Part shown: one piece after another, positions 39,004 through 50,367 of the stretch | Layout: each line of letters begins with the position of its first letter | Position numbering within the stretch: position 1 is the first letter of the stretch | Assembly: GCA_041686005.1 (NCBI GenBank) | Contig: JAWLER010000002.1 | Location: 59,837 to 123,836, forward strand | DNA length: 64,000 nucleotides | Direction: 5' to 3' | DNA from: Anaerolineales bacterium | Lineage (GTDB): Bacteria; Chloroflexota; Anaerolineae; Anaerolineales; UBA11858 | Position numbers and translations under genes: made by a program | Notes under the pieces: model-generated | What the model saw: the letters and a program-made list of their open reading frames with translations, nothing else | Told to the model about the DNA's origin: nothing | Database searches by the model: none

Positions 39004-40200
39004 ATGGATGACAAAGATCGCAGGCAGGAAAAGGACGAGGTGGGTGGGGAGCGCAAACCGCTCCTGAACAGGGCGAGGGACCTCCTGTCCCATCCAAGAT
39101 TGGGGAACACTACACGCAAGTTGGCGACTTTTGGCAGTGTGGTGGTCATCGTCGCCCTGGTCGTTTTTGGGATGAGGGTTTTTTACCTCAACACGGGTTT
39201 GTTTTCTTCCCAACCTCAGGCTGTAACGGAGGAGTCTCCTCCCCAAACGCCTTCCTCTTTTGAAGAGAAGGGAGGGAGTGGCGGTTATTTGATGCCCTCT
39301 TTTGAAGTTTCCCGGGCATCCTACACAGAGGGTCTGCGAAGGATAGCGAATCTCCACACCTCCATACCTTCCCGTCCCCGGGTCGATGTCCGCACCTACA
39401 CTGTAAAACAGGGGGATTCGGTCTTTGGGATTGCGGACAAATTTGGGTTGAAACCGGAAACGATCTTGTGGGGGAATTTTGAAACGCTGAAAGACAATCC
39501 GCACAGTTTGAGACCTGGTCAAGAGCTGAATATCCTCCCCGTAAACGGCACTTACCATAAATGGCGGGAAGGGGAAAGCCTTATCAAAGTGGCGGAATAT
39601 TACGGTGTGGACCCCATGGATATCGTCGAATGGCCGGGGAATGCCATTGATATCTACGATTTTGACATTGAAAATCCGGATATTGAGCCGGGAACCATGC
39701 TCATCGTCCCCGGTGGGGAACGGGAGTTGATCGATTACGGACCTCCTGCCATCACCCGTGACAACCCCGCCATCGCCCGAACATACGGTCCGGGTCACTG
39801 TGGGGAAATCTACCAAGGGCCGGTGGGAGTGGGCGTTTTCATATGGCCCACTATAGAACGCTGGCTGTCGGGGTATGATTACAATCCGTCTGCAAACCAT
39901 CCGGCCATTGATATTGCTGGGGATATTGGAAACAATGTGTGGGCTTCGGACACTGGCGTGGTGGTCTATTCAGGTTGGAGCAACCACGGATACGGCAACC
40001 TTGTCGTCATTGATCACGGCAACGGTTGGCAGACTTTGTACTCTCACCTGCACACCATTAGTGTCCGCTGCGGGCAAGGGGTGAACCAGGGACAACCGAT
40101 CGGCACTTTAGGGAGCACAGGCAATTCAACAGGCCCGCACCTGCACTTCGAGATGATCTATAACGGTCAAAAAGTAAACCCCTGGGACTTTCTCCAATAA
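39004..40200 (+). CDS. LysM plus M23 metallopeptidase
   Basis: YTVKQGDSVFGIA, HPAIDI, YSHL, TGPHLHFE. Confidence 0.9.
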   Translation: MDDKDRRQEKDEVGGERKPLLNRARDLLSHPRLGNTTRKLATFGSVVVIVALVVFGMRVFYLNTGLFSSQPQAVTEESPPQTPSSFEEKGGSGGYLMPSFEVSRASYTEGLRRIANLHTSIPSRPRVDVRTYTVKQGDSVFGIADKFGLKPETILWGNFETLKDNPHSLRPGQELNILPVNGTYHKWREGESLIKVAEYYGVDPMDIVEWPGNAIDIYDFDIENPDIEPGTMLIVPGGERELIDYGPPAITRDNPAIARTYGPGHCGEIYQGPVGVGVFIWPTIERWLSGYDYNPSANHPAIDIAGDIGNNVWASDTGVVVYSGWSNHGYGNLVVIDHGNGWQTLYSHLHTISVRCGQGVNQGQPIGTLGSTGNSTGPHLHFEMIYNGQKVNPWDFLQ

Positions 40201-40276
40201 AAGGGAAATGGGCGCGTTTGGGGGACCCGGCTCGCGGGTGAAAAAACAGCCCACCAACATATCCACGTGAATAAAT

Positions 40277-40305
40277 CAAGGCAAGGAGATGGTTTCCTTG
40301 CCTTG
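40277..40305. terminator. Hairpin between convergent genes
   Basis: CAAGGCAAGGA/TCCTTGCCTTG 11-bp stem. Confidence 0.6.
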
Positions 40306-40338
40306 TTGCATGAGGGGGTGATCATCGGTTGAAATATG

Positions 40339-41628
40339 TTAAGAAAGGGGGAGGGTCAGGAAAGGCACCCGCATTTCGCGCTCTGATAATCCTCCATGTC
40401 TGCCTAAGAGGTCGTTGACATCTGTAGACCACCACAGATAGGCGTCGTTTTTGGCGATCACAGACAAATCCCCAATTCGGCTTTGCCACTGGGGATGGAA
40501 GGGCGCTGGCCCGAACAGACCTGCGCTGGACAGGTCTTGAGATGGATGGCACTGAAACTGATCCGGCCAATGCTCTGTTATGTAGTCTTGCACGGCTTGG
40601 ATCTTCCCGGGCCGGACGTGGAGATAGGCAAGTCGATTCTCGCCGGTGGGCATGATGTGGAGCATATCGGTCATCGTGGGGTGATTATTTAGATCGTAAT
40701 CCGGGTTGAATGGCGTGAAAACCTGTCCGTGGTCAGCGGTGAGGATGAAGAGGGTCCCCTTCTTTGCCTGAGGGCTGAGTGCGCCCAGGCATTGGTCATG
40801 GAGGTGGTGGGTGAAGCTGTTAAATTCCGCTCCTGCCCTTTCATCGCTGGGACCAAATCGATGAAAATACCCGTCCACTGCACCCCAATAGGCGCTGATG
40901 AAGGTTTTCTTGTCGGGTTGAGATTCCAGCAGCTCGCGCACGCTGATCCACATATCAGCCGGGGTGTTGATCCCGTGCAGGGTGACGTCATGGAGGAAGG
41001 TTCGGGAGAGGCCGGAGTGAAGGATGGAATGATGCTGAAAGGCATGGGCTTCGATGCCATGGGCTTGTAAATGAGTCCCAAGCGTGGGGAGGGGGAGGAA
41101 GGTGGTGGGATCGAATCCCGTCCGCAGCAGTGTCCCCCCTCCCTTATGGAATGTGGTCGGCCCATGGACGATCATATTCACGGCCATGCTGTATTCCTTC
41201 ATCCACATCTCGTACCCGGATACGCCGTGCCGTCCCGCGGGCTGTCCTGTCCATAGCGAAGACATCGCTGCACAGGTGGTGCTCGGGGAGATGGAAGTGA
41301 TCGCCGAGAGGTCGCCGACAGAGCGCAGAGTCTCCCAAAAGGCGCTGTCACGATTTTGCGTCCATTCTTGGAAGTGATGGTAGGAAACGGCGTCCACGAT
41401 GACCAAGACCACTTTTTGGATAGGGGATTCCACCCCGGAGAGGATATTATCTTTCAATGGGCCTATGCCGAAGGTGGGGATGTCAAACCACCTGCAGACG
41501 CTGTCCGCGATATTGAGGATCGACCCCCCTTGATAGTGGGGAAGGATGAAGTCGTCTCCCAGATAGGACCTTAATGAACGATCCTGTGGTTCCTGTGATT
41601 GTCCTTTTGAAGGGTGGTGTTTGGTCAT
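40339..41628 (-). CDS. Alkaline-phosphatase-superfamily (nucleotide pyrophosphatase/phosphodiesterase) protein
   Basis: VIVDAV, SPSTT..SLWTG, D..H, TADHGQ, GRHGG..EMRVP. Confidence 0.82.
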   Translation of the reverse strand: MTKHHPSKGQSQEPQDRSLRSYLGDDFILPHYQGGSILNIADSVCRWFDIPTFGIGPLKDNILSGVESPIQKVVLVIVDAVSYHHFQEWTQNRDSAFWETLRSVGDLSAITSISPSTTCAAMSSLWTGQPAGRHGVSGYEMWMKEYSMAVNMIVHGPTTFHKGGGTLLRTGFDPTTFLPLPTLGTHLQAHGIEAHAFQHHSILHSGLSRTFLHDVTLHGINTPADMWISVRELLESQPDKKTFISAYWGAVDGYFHRFGPSDERAGAEFNSFTHHLHDQCLGALSPQAKKGTLFILTADHGQVFTPFNPDYDLNNHPTMTDMLHIMPTGENRLAYLHVRPGKIQAVQDYITEHWPDQFQCHPSQDLSSAGLFGPAPFHPQWQSRIGDLSVIAKNDAYLWWSTDVNDLLGRHGGLSEREMRVPFLTLPLS

Positions 41629-41713
41629 CTTTTTGTATCCTTTTTGCACATCAGGCCTATGTTCTTTTGATATAATAGGATGGACGACGAAGAGAATGAA
41701 AAGGAGGTTTTCA

Positions 41714-43372
41714 TTGAACTTGAGCTTTCTCTCCGGTCGGCAAGTTCGGAGGATCCGGGAGTACATTACAGCGTATTTGATGATCGCTCCGGCGACCCTC
41801 CTGATTTTTTTGTTTGGTATTTTCCCTGTTGGTTTTGCACTCTATGTAAGTTTGCATAAATGGCGCATAAAAAGAGGAAAATTTCTAGGGTTAACGCATT
41901 ATCAAAAAGCCCTTGACAACTTAGCCTATGTCCTCCTTTTCGTCTTAGCCCTGGCCGCCCTGGTGGGTGGTTACTTTCTCATTCGTAGGATCCTGAAGCA
42001 CGTCAAAGAGGAGGGGGATAAAAAAGATTGGTTGATGATCTTCCCCGGGGCGCTGTTCAGCGCCACGATCCTGGCTTTTGTGCGTTGGACCGTGCTCCTG
42101 CTCCCAGAGATCCTGGCCATCGCGGATAAAATTTGGGGCAAAGAGAAGACGCGGGAGTTATTCATCCGGCTGTTAAGCGAAGCGTTCTCAACGCCCGACG
42201 TGCAGGGGGCTTGGCGGTTGTTCCTCATTCTCTTTGGGGCGTCCATTCTCCTATTGCTTCTTTTCTTATTCTTGATCCGCTCCGCCCGCCGTTTTACACA
42301 GGTCGTGAATTTCACGTTTGTTTGGATTATTGTACCAGTAGGATTGGGCCTCCTGTGGGTTACTTACCAGAGCATTCAATCCGTCTACCGGGAAGCGGTG
42401 GCGGCCGGGGAGGACCCCGGCGTTTGGGTTCAGGTTATCACCTTGATTGTGGGTGTACTGCTCCTGGCAGCAGCCTGGTTTCTGTGGAAGAGCGCGGGCA
42501 GGCAAACGAGCAATTTTTCCTTCCTGTGGCGGATCTTGGCGGCGATCAGTTTGATGGTCGGCGCCTGGTTGTTGATCGGGGAGCTGCCGACCGTGATCGC
42601 AGCCGGTGACGAGGATATGTGGACCGGTCTCAAAGTCACCGTGTTCTATTCTGTGGGCACCGTGCCTTTCCAGCTGGCGTTTTCCATGTTCCTGGCTATT
42701 CTACTCTTCCAAAACTTGTGGGGCTCGGATATCTTTCGCATGCTTTACTTCCTTCCCTATGTCACCCCCACGGTAGCCAGCGCCGCCATTTTTCGACAAC
42801 TGTTTTCTAACCGCTACCAGGCTCCCATGAATCAGTTGCTCTTAAAATTGGGCATGGATCCCCAGCAGTGGATCCGGGAACCCCAGGGCATATTTTCCAT
42901 GCTGGCAGAAACGGTGGGCATCAGCTTGCCGACCTGGGCCGGTGGTCCCAGCTTGGCCTTGACGGTGATCATGATCTATTCCATCTGGACCTATGTCGGC
43001 TATGATACGGTGATCTATTTGGCTGGCCTGGGGAATATTTCCACGCCGTTAATTGAGGCGGCGGAGATCGATGGGGCGGGGCCGTGGGAAAAGTTCCGCT
43101 ATATCATCTTTCCCCTGCTGTCTCCCACCACCTATTTCCTCTCCCTGATCGCCATTATCGGTACCTTTAAGGCCTTCAGCCACATCTGGGTCATGCGAGA
43201 GGCCTCCGCGCTGGGGACGACGGATACGTTCAGCGTGGTGATCTTCAGTGAGTTCTATGAAAAATTACGTTACGGATACGCATCAGCGTTGGCTTTTGTA
43301 CTTTTTGCGATCATCCTCAGTTTGACCTTGTTAAACCAGCGCATACAAGGGACACGTGTCTTTTATGGCTAA
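41714..43372 (+). CDS. Carbohydrate ABC permease with large extra TM insertion
   Basis: [22 protein letters not shown] (EAA loop), GYASALA; TTG start 6 nt after AGGAGG (alternative ATG 41696). Confidence 0.85.
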   Translation: MNLSFLSGRQVRRIREYITAYLMIAPATLLIFLFGIFPVGFALYVSLHKWRIKRGKFLGLTHYQKALDNLAYVLLFVLALAALVGGYFLIRRILKHVKEEGDKKDWLMIFPGALFSATILAFVRWTVLLLPEILAIADKIWGKEKTRELFIRLLSEAFSTPDVQGAWRLFLILFGASILLLLLFLFLIRSARRFTQVVNFTFVWIIVPVGLGLLWVTYQSIQSVYREAVAAGEDPGVWVQVITLIVGVLLLAAAWFLWKSAGRQTSNFSFLWRILAAISLMVGAWLLIGELPTVIAAGDEDMWTGLKVTVFYSVGTVPFQLAFSMFLAILLFQNLWGSDIFRMLYFLPYVTPTVASAAIFRQLFSNRYQAPMNQLLLKLGMDPQQWIREPQGIFSMLAETVGISLPTWAGGPSLALTVIMIYSIWTYVGYDTVIYLAGLGNISTPLIEAAEIDGAGPWEKFRYIIFPLLSPTTYFLSLIAIIGTFKAFSHIWVMREASALGTTDTFSVVIFSEFYEKLRYGYASALAFVLFAIILSLTLLNQRIQGTRVFYG

Positions 43373-44261
43373 GGTAAAGTTGTTTCGATCAGCAGAAACG
43401 GATTCGGCAGCCACGTTTTTCGACCGCTTCCGGGATGTCTTTCAAAAGGCGATTACCTACCTCTTCTTGCTTATGGGTGTGGTCATATCCATCACGCCTT
43501 TTGTGTGGATGATCGCCACCTCCCTGATGAGTTTGGGGGAAGCGCAGGGCGTTCGCTGGATTCCCTCCTCCCTCCACTTTGAAAACTACGTCAACGCCTG
43601 GCAGGATGCCCAGTTTTCAGAATATTTTGTAAACAGCGTGATCATCACCGCCATCACCCTGGTCGGGCAGCTGACCTTCAGCGTCCTGGCTGCTTACGCG
43701 TTCGCGCGGATTGATTTTCCGGGCCGGGATTTGATCTTCACGGTCATGTTGAGCACCATGATGATCCCGGCCATGGTGATCATCATCCCCAACTTTTTAA
43801 CTGTGACCTGGTTGGGGCGGATAGGGCCCATCAAATGGATCAACAACTGGCCTGCCTTGACCATCCCTTTCATGGGCAATGTCTTTTCCATCTTTTTATT
43901 AAAGCAATTTTTCGCTCAAATTCCCGACGAGCTATGGGATTCCGCCCGCATCGATGGCGCGGGCCATCTGCGCTTTCTGTGGACGGTGGTCATACCCCTC
44001 TCCAGCGCTCCCTTGATGGTCATCATCGTCCTTTCTTTCATCGGCTCCTGGAATGCCCTGGCTTGGCCCTTATTGGTTACCAATTCACCGGAATGGCGGC
44101 CGATTGCGGTGGGGTTGAACAACTTTGTCGATGAAGCCGGCCAGGAAATCAACCTCATGATGGCGGGCGCTTTCATCACCATCATCCCCATTTTGATCAT
44201 TTACTTCTTCACCCAAAAGCAGTTTACAGAGAGCATCGCTCGCAGCGGCTTGAAAGGGTAA
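43365..44261 (+). CDS. Carbohydrate ABC permease (UgpE/MalG-like)
   Basis: [30 protein letters not shown]. Confidence 0.9.
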   Translation: MAKVKLFRSAETDSAATFFDRFRDVFQKAITYLFLLMGVVISITPFVWMIATSLMSLGEAQGVRWIPSSLHFENYVNAWQDAQFSEYFVNSVIITAITLVGQLTFSVLAAYAFARIDFPGRDLIFTVMLSTMMIPAMVIIIPNFLTVTWLGRIGPIKWINNWPALTIPFMGNVFSIFLLKQFFAQIPDELWDSARIDGAGHLRFLWTVVIPLSSAPLMVIIVLSFIGSWNALAWPLLVTNSPEWRPIAVGLNNFVDEAGQEINLMMAGAFITIIPILIIYFFTQKQFTESIARSGLKG

Positions 44262-44503
44262 ACAAAGCGGGATGGAAAGCGTTGAAGTCAAGAAAGTGGG
44301 TTTTTTAAATTTTGCTATCAGGAGAGAGTTGATTTTTTGGTATGATATATATAAATCATTCTCAGGTTGAGATTGTAAAAAGGAGGTGTAAGGCAAGGAA
44401 AGCGAAGTTGATTGAGTTTCGTCATTTTTTGGGTCACTCCGCTTTTGAGGAGGATGTTCGAGGGGTGACCACTCATTATCTAATCTAAAAGGAGAGAAGA
44501 CAC

Positions 44504-45883
44504 ATGTCTAAAAGGACCCTTTCTATTTTTATGCTCATCGTTTTTGTGTTCTCCATGGCGCTGACCGCCTGCCAGCCGGCGGCAACGGAAGAACCAATGC
44601 CCGAGCCGGAGGGAGAAGAGGAAGAGGAAGTCATGGGCGTGAAGCTGTCTGACCTGGACGGCACCACGGTCAAGTTTTGGCACGTCTGGGGTTCGGATGA
44701 GCCTTTGGAAGGATTGACGACCATCGTGGAAGAGTTCAACGCCACCAATGAATACGGGATCACGGTGGAAGCTTTGGATCAGGGCGGCTACAGCGAATTG
44801 GAAGACGCCATGAACGCAGCCATCCAGTCCGGCGATGTCCCGGATCTAGTCGTCGGGTACGCCAATGCCTTTGCGGCTTGGTATGATGTGGACGCGATCG
44901 TCGACATGGCACCCTACATGGAAGATGAGACAGTGGGGCTTGGCGAAGAGGCCATGGGGGATTTCTTTGAAGGGCCTTTCGAAACCGGATTGACCCCTGG
45001 GGGAGAGCGGATCTCTCTGCCGTTCCAGCAGTCCGCCAACGTGCTTTTCTACAATGAAACTTGGGCCCAGGAACTGGGCTTTGACAGCCCGCCTGCCAAT
45101 GTTGCCGAGTTCAAAGAACAGGCCTGCGCGGCAGCGGAAGCCAATAACACGGACGACACCCCTGATAACGACGGCACGGGCGGTCTGGTCATCTATACCG
45201 GGGCCTCCAATGTCATGTCCTGGGTTTTCGCCTACGGCGGCGATGTGTACGATGCACAGGAGATGAGCTATGACTTCACCTCGGAAGAGGTCGTGGGTGT
45301 GGCTGAATTCTGGAAGTCATTGTGGGATGAGGGGTGCGCTTTTGAGACAGACGGCTACCCCAACCCCGAATTTGCCACCCGTCAAGCGCTGTTCACGATG
45401 AGCTCCACGGCAGGGTTACCCTACCAGATTGCAGCCTTTGATGCCGAAGATGCGACGGATGACACATGGAATTTGATCCCCTTCGTGGGACCGGATGGAA
45501 ACAAGGCGGTCAACAGCTATGTCCAGTCCTTGGGGATTGTCAACTCCACGCCAGAAAAGAAATTAGCAGCCTGGTTGTTCGTGAAGTACTTCACCTCACC
45601 TGAAGCTCAGGCCACGTGGGCTCGATACAGCCGGTATTATCCGGGACGGGAGAGCGCCGGAGATCTACTGGAAGACTTCAAGGCTGAGAATGAGAAATGG
45701 GCAAGAGGGTTGGAGTTGATCCAATACGGCCGCGCTGAGCCAACGGCAGCTTCTTGGAGCTCGGTACGACGTACGGTGGGTGATACGTTTGCAGAGATCC
45801 TGCAAAGCAGCCCGGAAGACATTCAGGCCATTCTCGAAGATCTGAACGAAACTGCAGCTGAACTGGTCGCTGAGATGCAGTGA
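44504..45883 (+). CDS. ABC substrate-binding lipoprotein (UgpB-like), acidic
   Basis: LTAC lipobox, FWHVW, LPFQQSANVLFYN, AAWLFVKY. Confidence 0.88.
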   Translation: MSKRTLSIFMLIVFVFSMALTACQPAATEEPMPEPEGEEEEEVMGVKLSDLDGTTVKFWHVWGSDEPLEGLTTIVEEFNATNEYGITVEALDQGGYSELEDAMNAAIQSGDVPDLVVGYANAFAAWYDVDAIVDMAPYMEDETVGLGEEAMGDFFEGPFETGLTPGGERISLPFQQSANVLFYNETWAQELGFDSPPANVAEFKEQACAAAEANNTDDTPDNDGTGGLVIYTGASNVMSWVFAYGGDVYDAQEMSYDFTSEEVVGVAEFWKSLWDEGCAFETDGYPNPEFATRQALFTMSSTAGLPYQIAAFDAEDATDDTWNLIPFVGPDGNKAVNSYVQSLGIVNSTPEKKLAAWLFVKYFTSPEAQATWARYSRYYPGRESAGDLLEDFKAENEKWARGLELIQYGRAEPTAASWSSVRRTVGDTFAEILQSSPEDIQAILEDLNETAAELVAEMQ

Positions 45884-46929
45884 TCGGAAAGCAGACAATC
45901 TAGTTTTTTGATGTGAGAAATAAGAGCGGGTGGGGAAAGATGCATCCAGCACCCGCTCTTTTTTTTACAGTTAAAGTCGCATGTTTAATGGTATAAGCGA
46001 TTAAGTAGTATATGAAACCCAGTGACCTATGCGATGTTCTGAGAAAGCTTTTAGATGGCAGTTGATATTCTTCCTTTTCATATCCCTTATCTCGGTCATG
46101 CTTTCGTCCTGCCGTCCTGAGAATGGGGTGAATGCAAACCCTACTTTGCCGGTGACAGTCACGGAAACCGTGACGGAAAAGGGCGGAAGCGTTCCTGCCA
46201 CTCCTGATCCCACCCAAATGTCGGAAGCCATGGGCCTGGAGCTGTCCGAGCTGGACGGCATCACGGTGACCTTCTGGCATGTCTGGGGATCGGATGAACT
46301 GTTGGAAGGTATAACGAACGTCATCTTAGCATTCGACGCTACCAATGCCTATGGGATTACGGTGAAAGCCTTGAACCAAGGGGGCTATAACGGATTGGAA
46401 GACGCCATGAACGCAGCCATCCAGTCCGGCGATGTCCCGGACTTGGTCGTCGGGAACGCCAATGCCTTTGCATCCTGGTATGCGGTGGACGCGATCATCG
46501 ATATGGCCCCCTACATGGAAGACGAGGTGGTAGGGCTGGGGGAAGGGGCCATGGGGGATTTCTTTGAAGGGCCTTTCGAAAGTGGAGTGACCTCTGGGGG
46601 GGAGCGGATCTCTCTGCCGTTCCAGCAGTCCGCCAACGTGCTTTTCTACAATGAAACCTGGGCCCAGGAGCTGGGCTTTGACAGCCCGCCTTCCAATGTT
46701 GCCGAGTTCAAAGAACAGGCCTGCGCGGCAGCGGAAGCCAATAACACGGACGACAGCCCTGATAACGACGGCACGGGCGGTCTGGTGATCTATACCGAAG
46801 CCTCCAATGTCATGTCCTGGGTTTTCGCCTACGGCGGCGATGTGTACGATGAGCAGGAGATGAGCTATGACTTCACTTCGGAAGAGGTCGTGGGTGTGGC
46901 TGAATTCTGGAAGTCATTGTGGGATGAGG
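44797..46929 (+). repeat. About 535-bp near-identical direct repeat (44797-45332 vs 46394-46929) within the two SBP genes
   Basis: Colinear at a constant offset of 1597 nt with only scattered substitutions. Confidence 0.85.
45922..45967 (+). terminator. Intrinsic terminator between the SBP paralogues
   Basis: AAGAGCGGGTG/CACCCGCTCTT stem plus T-tract. Confidence 0.8.
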
Positions 46930-47498
46930 GATGTGCTTTCGAAATGGAGCGTTACCCCTATCCTGATCTGTCATCCCCTCTCGCGTTTTCCACCCGGGAG
47001 GCCCTATTCATCATGAGCTCCACAGCGGGCTTATCCCGGCAGATGGAGGCTTTTGAAACTGAAGGAGCCACGGATGACGAATGGACCTTGATCCCCTTCG
47101 TGGGCCCTGAAGGGGAAAAGGCGGTCAATGTTTTCGTCCCTTCCTTGGCAGTTGTCAAAACAACGGCGAAGAAACAATTAGCAGCCTGGCTGTTTATCAC
47201 ATATCTTCTCTCTCCTGAAACCCAAGCGGAATGGGCTACTTTTAGTGATACGTATCCTGTCCGGATGAGCGCAGGAGAGATTTTGAAGGATGATGGGGCA
47301 GGGAGCCCGCAATGGAAGCGCGGTTTCAGCTTGCTTTCGTATGGTAAGACCGAACCCCCGGTTCCTTCTTGGCCTCTGGTAAGGCGTGCGGTCGGGGATG
47401 CTTTTGCGGATCTTTTTAGGAAGCCATCGGAAAACATACCTGCCATCCTGGAAAGTTTGGAGGACCTCGCTGATGAGTTGGTTTCCCTTAATCAATGA
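46029..47498 (+). CDS. ABC substrate-binding lipoprotein, paralogue of the upstream SBP
   Basis: LSSC lipobox; near-identical central region. Confidence 0.85.
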   Translation: MRCSEKAFRWQLIFFLFISLISVMLSSCRPENGVNANPTLPVTVTETVTEKGGSVPATPDPTQMSEAMGLELSELDGITVTFWHVWGSDELLEGITNVILAFDATNAYGITVKALNQGGYNGLEDAMNAAIQSGDVPDLVVGNANAFASWYAVDAIIDMAPYMEDEVVGLGEGAMGDFFEGPFESGVTSGGERISLPFQQSANVLFYNETWAQELGFDSPPSNVAEFKEQACAAAEANNTDDSPDNDGTGGLVIYTEASNVMSWVFAYGGDVYDEQEMSYDFTSEEVVGVAEFWKSLWDEGCAFEMERYPYPDLSSPLAFSTREALFIMSSTAGLSRQMEAFETEGATDDEWTLIPFVGPEGEKAVNVFVPSLAVVKTTAKKQLAAWLFITYLLSPETQAEWATFSDTYPVRMSAGEILKDDGAGSPQWKRGFSLLSYGKTEPPVPSWPLVRRAVGDAFADLFRKPSENIPAILESLEDLADELVSLNQ

Positions 47499-47592
47499 TG
47501 TGCCGTTTCCATGACATCCGTACAAACCGCTTTCTTAAGCCGCTTTACGTTATACTTGTTTTATCCGCTTGAATAAGCATCAAAGGACAGTT

Positions 47593-48039
47593 ATGTCGAA
47601 GCAACCTCATGTTGAGATTTACACAGACGGCGCCTGCTCCGGGAATCCCGGTCCCGGCGGTTGGGGTGTCCTTCTCCGCTACGGAAGGCACGAAAAGGAG
47701 CTCAGCGGGGGAAAAAGAAATACCACCAACAATCGCATGGAGCTGATGGCAGCCATCCAGGCTTTCCAGGCCTTGAAAGAACCCTGCCGTGTGGACCTTT
47801 ACACGGATTCTGAGTATCTGAAAAGGGGGATTACTGAGTGGATGGAGGACTGGAAAGCGTTGGGTTGGAGGCGCGGGAAACCAGGAAAGACAAAAAAATT
47901 GGCCAACGCGGACTTATGGAAGGTTTTAGATCAAGCTGTGCAAGACCACCGGGTGACATGGCATTGGATCCAGGCTCATACGGGAGATGAAAAAAACGAA
48001 CGCGTGGACAAACTGGCGCGGCAAGCCATCCCCTCATAG
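47593..48039 (+). CDS. rnhA: Ribonuclease HI
   Basis: [35 protein letters not shown]. Confidence 0.95.
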   Translation: MSKQPHVEIYTDGACSGNPGPGGWGVLLRYGRHEKELSGGKRNTTNNRMELMAAIQAFQALKEPCRVDLYTDSEYLKRGITEWMEDWKALGWRRGKPGKTKKLANADLWKVLDQAVQDHRVTWHWIQAHTGDEKNERVDKLARQAIPS

Positions 48040-48245
48040 GGCGGAGCAGATGGGGAATGTAGGGTGGGTCCCCGGTGATATAAACTGCGGATGAAAAAAA
48101 GAGGCGAATGATCGCCCCGTACGGGATCCTCGGCAGTCTTTTTCGACACCTATAATGGATGAACTGTTCCGTTTCTCGATGGGTGTGGGATATGACTTCT
48201 TTTTTCCAAAAGAAGGATCGCCCTTCCTTACGGTATAATTTGCGC

Positions 48246-48626
48246 ATGGAAAAAAATGAGGGATGGCAGAGAAAGGTCCAACAAGAGTTAGCCATGGCCC
48301 ACCAAGCCAGAAGGGAAGGGAATGAAGGGCAGGCTCGGGTCTGTGCCCGCCGGGCGGCGGGGTTTGCAGCGGAAGCGTATTTCCAACAGCGAGGCTTCGA
48401 CCCTCCCGCTCACAACGCCTATCAACTCTTGGAACGGTTGGGAGAGGAGGGTCATTTACCCGATCCGGTGAGGGAGACCCTTTCTTTGCTCACACTGCGA
48501 GTGAACAAAGCGTTTGAACTTCCCCCCGGAGTAGACCTGATTCGAGAATCAAAAAAGTTGATCAGGGTGCTTTTCCCTGACGAGCGTTTAGATCTTGAGG
48601 TTGATCAGGGGGATGCACATGAGTAG
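48246..48626 (+). CDS. Hypothetical protein
   Basis: GNEGQARVCARRAAG; leaderless ATG 6 nt after TATAAT. Confidence 0.6.
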   Translation: MEKNEGWQRKVQQELAMAHQARREGNEGQARVCARRAAGFAAEAYFQQRGFDPPAHNAYQLLERLGEEGHLPDPVRETLSLLTLRVNKAFELPPGVDLIRESKKLIRVLFPDERLDLEVDQGDAHE

Positions 48627-48680
48627 CGCCTGGGTTTCTTTTCTATCCGGGGTGGGATGGACCCCTGTGTTTTATAGACG

Positions 48681-50234
48681 ATGGTGATCAACAAACGAGG
48701 AATGTCCGTCTATACGGCGATCTTAGCCTTCATCCTCCTTGCGGGTTGCTCAGCGAGGACCACCGCTGGTTTGGGGACGCCAGGCCCGGCCTCCACCTCT
48801 CTCCCCTCACCTACATCCACGCCTTCCCCGGCCCTTCCCACCGAGACACAGGTTCCTGGCCCGACCACACCGCCCCCCACCCCGACTCCTCAGCCGCGGA
48901 ACACCCATTATCAGATATCCGCCCAATTGGATTACGCCACACGACAGCTCTCCGTTTCCGAAACGGTTGCCATTCAAAATCCAGCCTCTCAAGAACTGAC
49001 CACCCTATCCCTGGTCGTGCCGCCCAATTGGTGGCCGGGGGTTTTCCAGTTGGAGGCGTTATCTTGGCAGGGGGGAGAGAAGATCATCGAGTATTCGCTG
49101 GAGGGTGTGCGCTTAAAGATCCCCATCCGCGAGGCCTGGTTCCCTGGCGAGATCAGGGAATTGTCCTTGACTTACACCCTTTCCCTCCCCGAGATGAACG
49201 TCATAGCAGATGTAGGCCCTAACCCCTTTGGTTATTCTCTGACTAAGGACAGTCTGGTCAAGCAGATCAACCTGGTGGATTGGTATCCTTTCCTGCCTCC
49301 TTACCAGGAGGGGAGTGGGTGGATCATTCACGAGCCTTGGATTTTCGGGGAATATTTGGTATACCCCTCCGCTGATTTTGACGTTTCTCTCCAAATTCTG
49401 AATGGACCGGAAGACCTGGTCGTGGCTGCCAGTGCTCTGGACAGCGGGGAAAAAGGGACCTACCGCTATCATTTAGAAGGTGCCCGCAACTTCGTATTTT
49501 CGATCAGCCCCTACTATCAGATCCTTGAAGAAGAGGTCAAGGGGACCAAGGTCTTGGGGTACCATTTCCCCTTTTATGAGCAAGGGGGGGAAGCGGCATT
49601 TCAGGCGACGATCAAAGCCCTTCAGCTTTACTCAGATCTGTACCATCCCTACGAGCAGCCCAGTTTGACCATGGTCCAGGCTGATTTTGACCATGGCATG
49701 GAATATGAAGGTTTATATTTTCTGAACCGTTCCTTTTTCAACAGTTATACCGGTTCGCCGGCGAGTTTCCTGATCGCCATCGCTGCCCATGAGACGACTC
49801 ACCAGTGGTGGTATGGGCTGGTGGCCAACGATCAAGCCCTGGAACCCTGGTTGGACGAAGCTTTGTGCACGTACAACGAGAAGGTGTTTTTCGAAAATTA
49901 TCATCCCGAGGCCGTGGAATGGTGGTGGGTAAACCGGGTGGATTATCACCAACCGCAGGGGGTCATCGATCGGTCCATCTACGACTATAAATTCCCAGAA
50001 TTTACAAATCCTTATTATGATTACCGGGATGCGATCTATTTGCAGGGGGCGCACTTTCTGGAAGACCTGCGGGATTTGGTGGGGGATGAAGTGTTCTTCT
50101 CCTTTTTAGCGGACTACGCGGGCACGTACGCGGGGGAGATCGCCACGGGGGAGGACTTCTTCTGTTTGCTTGAAGAGCATACGGATGCTGATTTGCAGGA
50201 TTTGCTCTCCACGTATTTTCAATCTAAACCTTAA
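48681..50234 (+). CDS. M1-family metallopeptidase lipoprotein
   Basis: LAGC lipobox, GMEY, HETTHQWW..WLDEAL. Confidence 0.88.
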   Translation: MVINKRGMSVYTAILAFILLAGCSARTTAGLGTPGPASTSLPSPTSTPSPALPTETQVPGPTTPPPTPTPQPRNTHYQISAQLDYATRQLSVSETVAIQNPASQELTTLSLVVPPNWWPGVFQLEALSWQGGEKIIEYSLEGVRLKIPIREAWFPGEIRELSLTYTLSLPEMNVIADVGPNPFGYSLTKDSLVKQINLVDWYPFLPPYQEGSGWIIHEPWIFGEYLVYPSADFDVSLQILNGPEDLVVAASALDSGEKGTYRYHLEGARNFVFSISPYYQILEEEVKGTKVLGYHFPFYEQGGEAAFQATIKALQLYSDLYHPYEQPSLTMVQADFDHGMEYEGLYFLNRSFFNSYTGSPASFLIAIAAHETTHQWWYGLVANDQALEPWLDEALCTYNEKVFFENYHPEAVEWWWVNRVDYHQPQGVIDRSIYDYKFPEFTNPYYDYRDAIYLQGAHFLEDLRDLVGDEVFFSFLADYAGTYAGEIATGEDFFCLLEEHTDADLQDLLSTYFQSKP

Positions 50235-50367
50235 GGTCCACAGTAAGATCATCGCCATCCCCTGGTCCGATCTGGAAAGGCTTCCCGGGTAAAAAGTTAC
50301 ACCCTCCTTCTGTATGTTATACTTCGCAAGGGGACCATACCAATTGATGGATAAGGAGATGTCAAGG

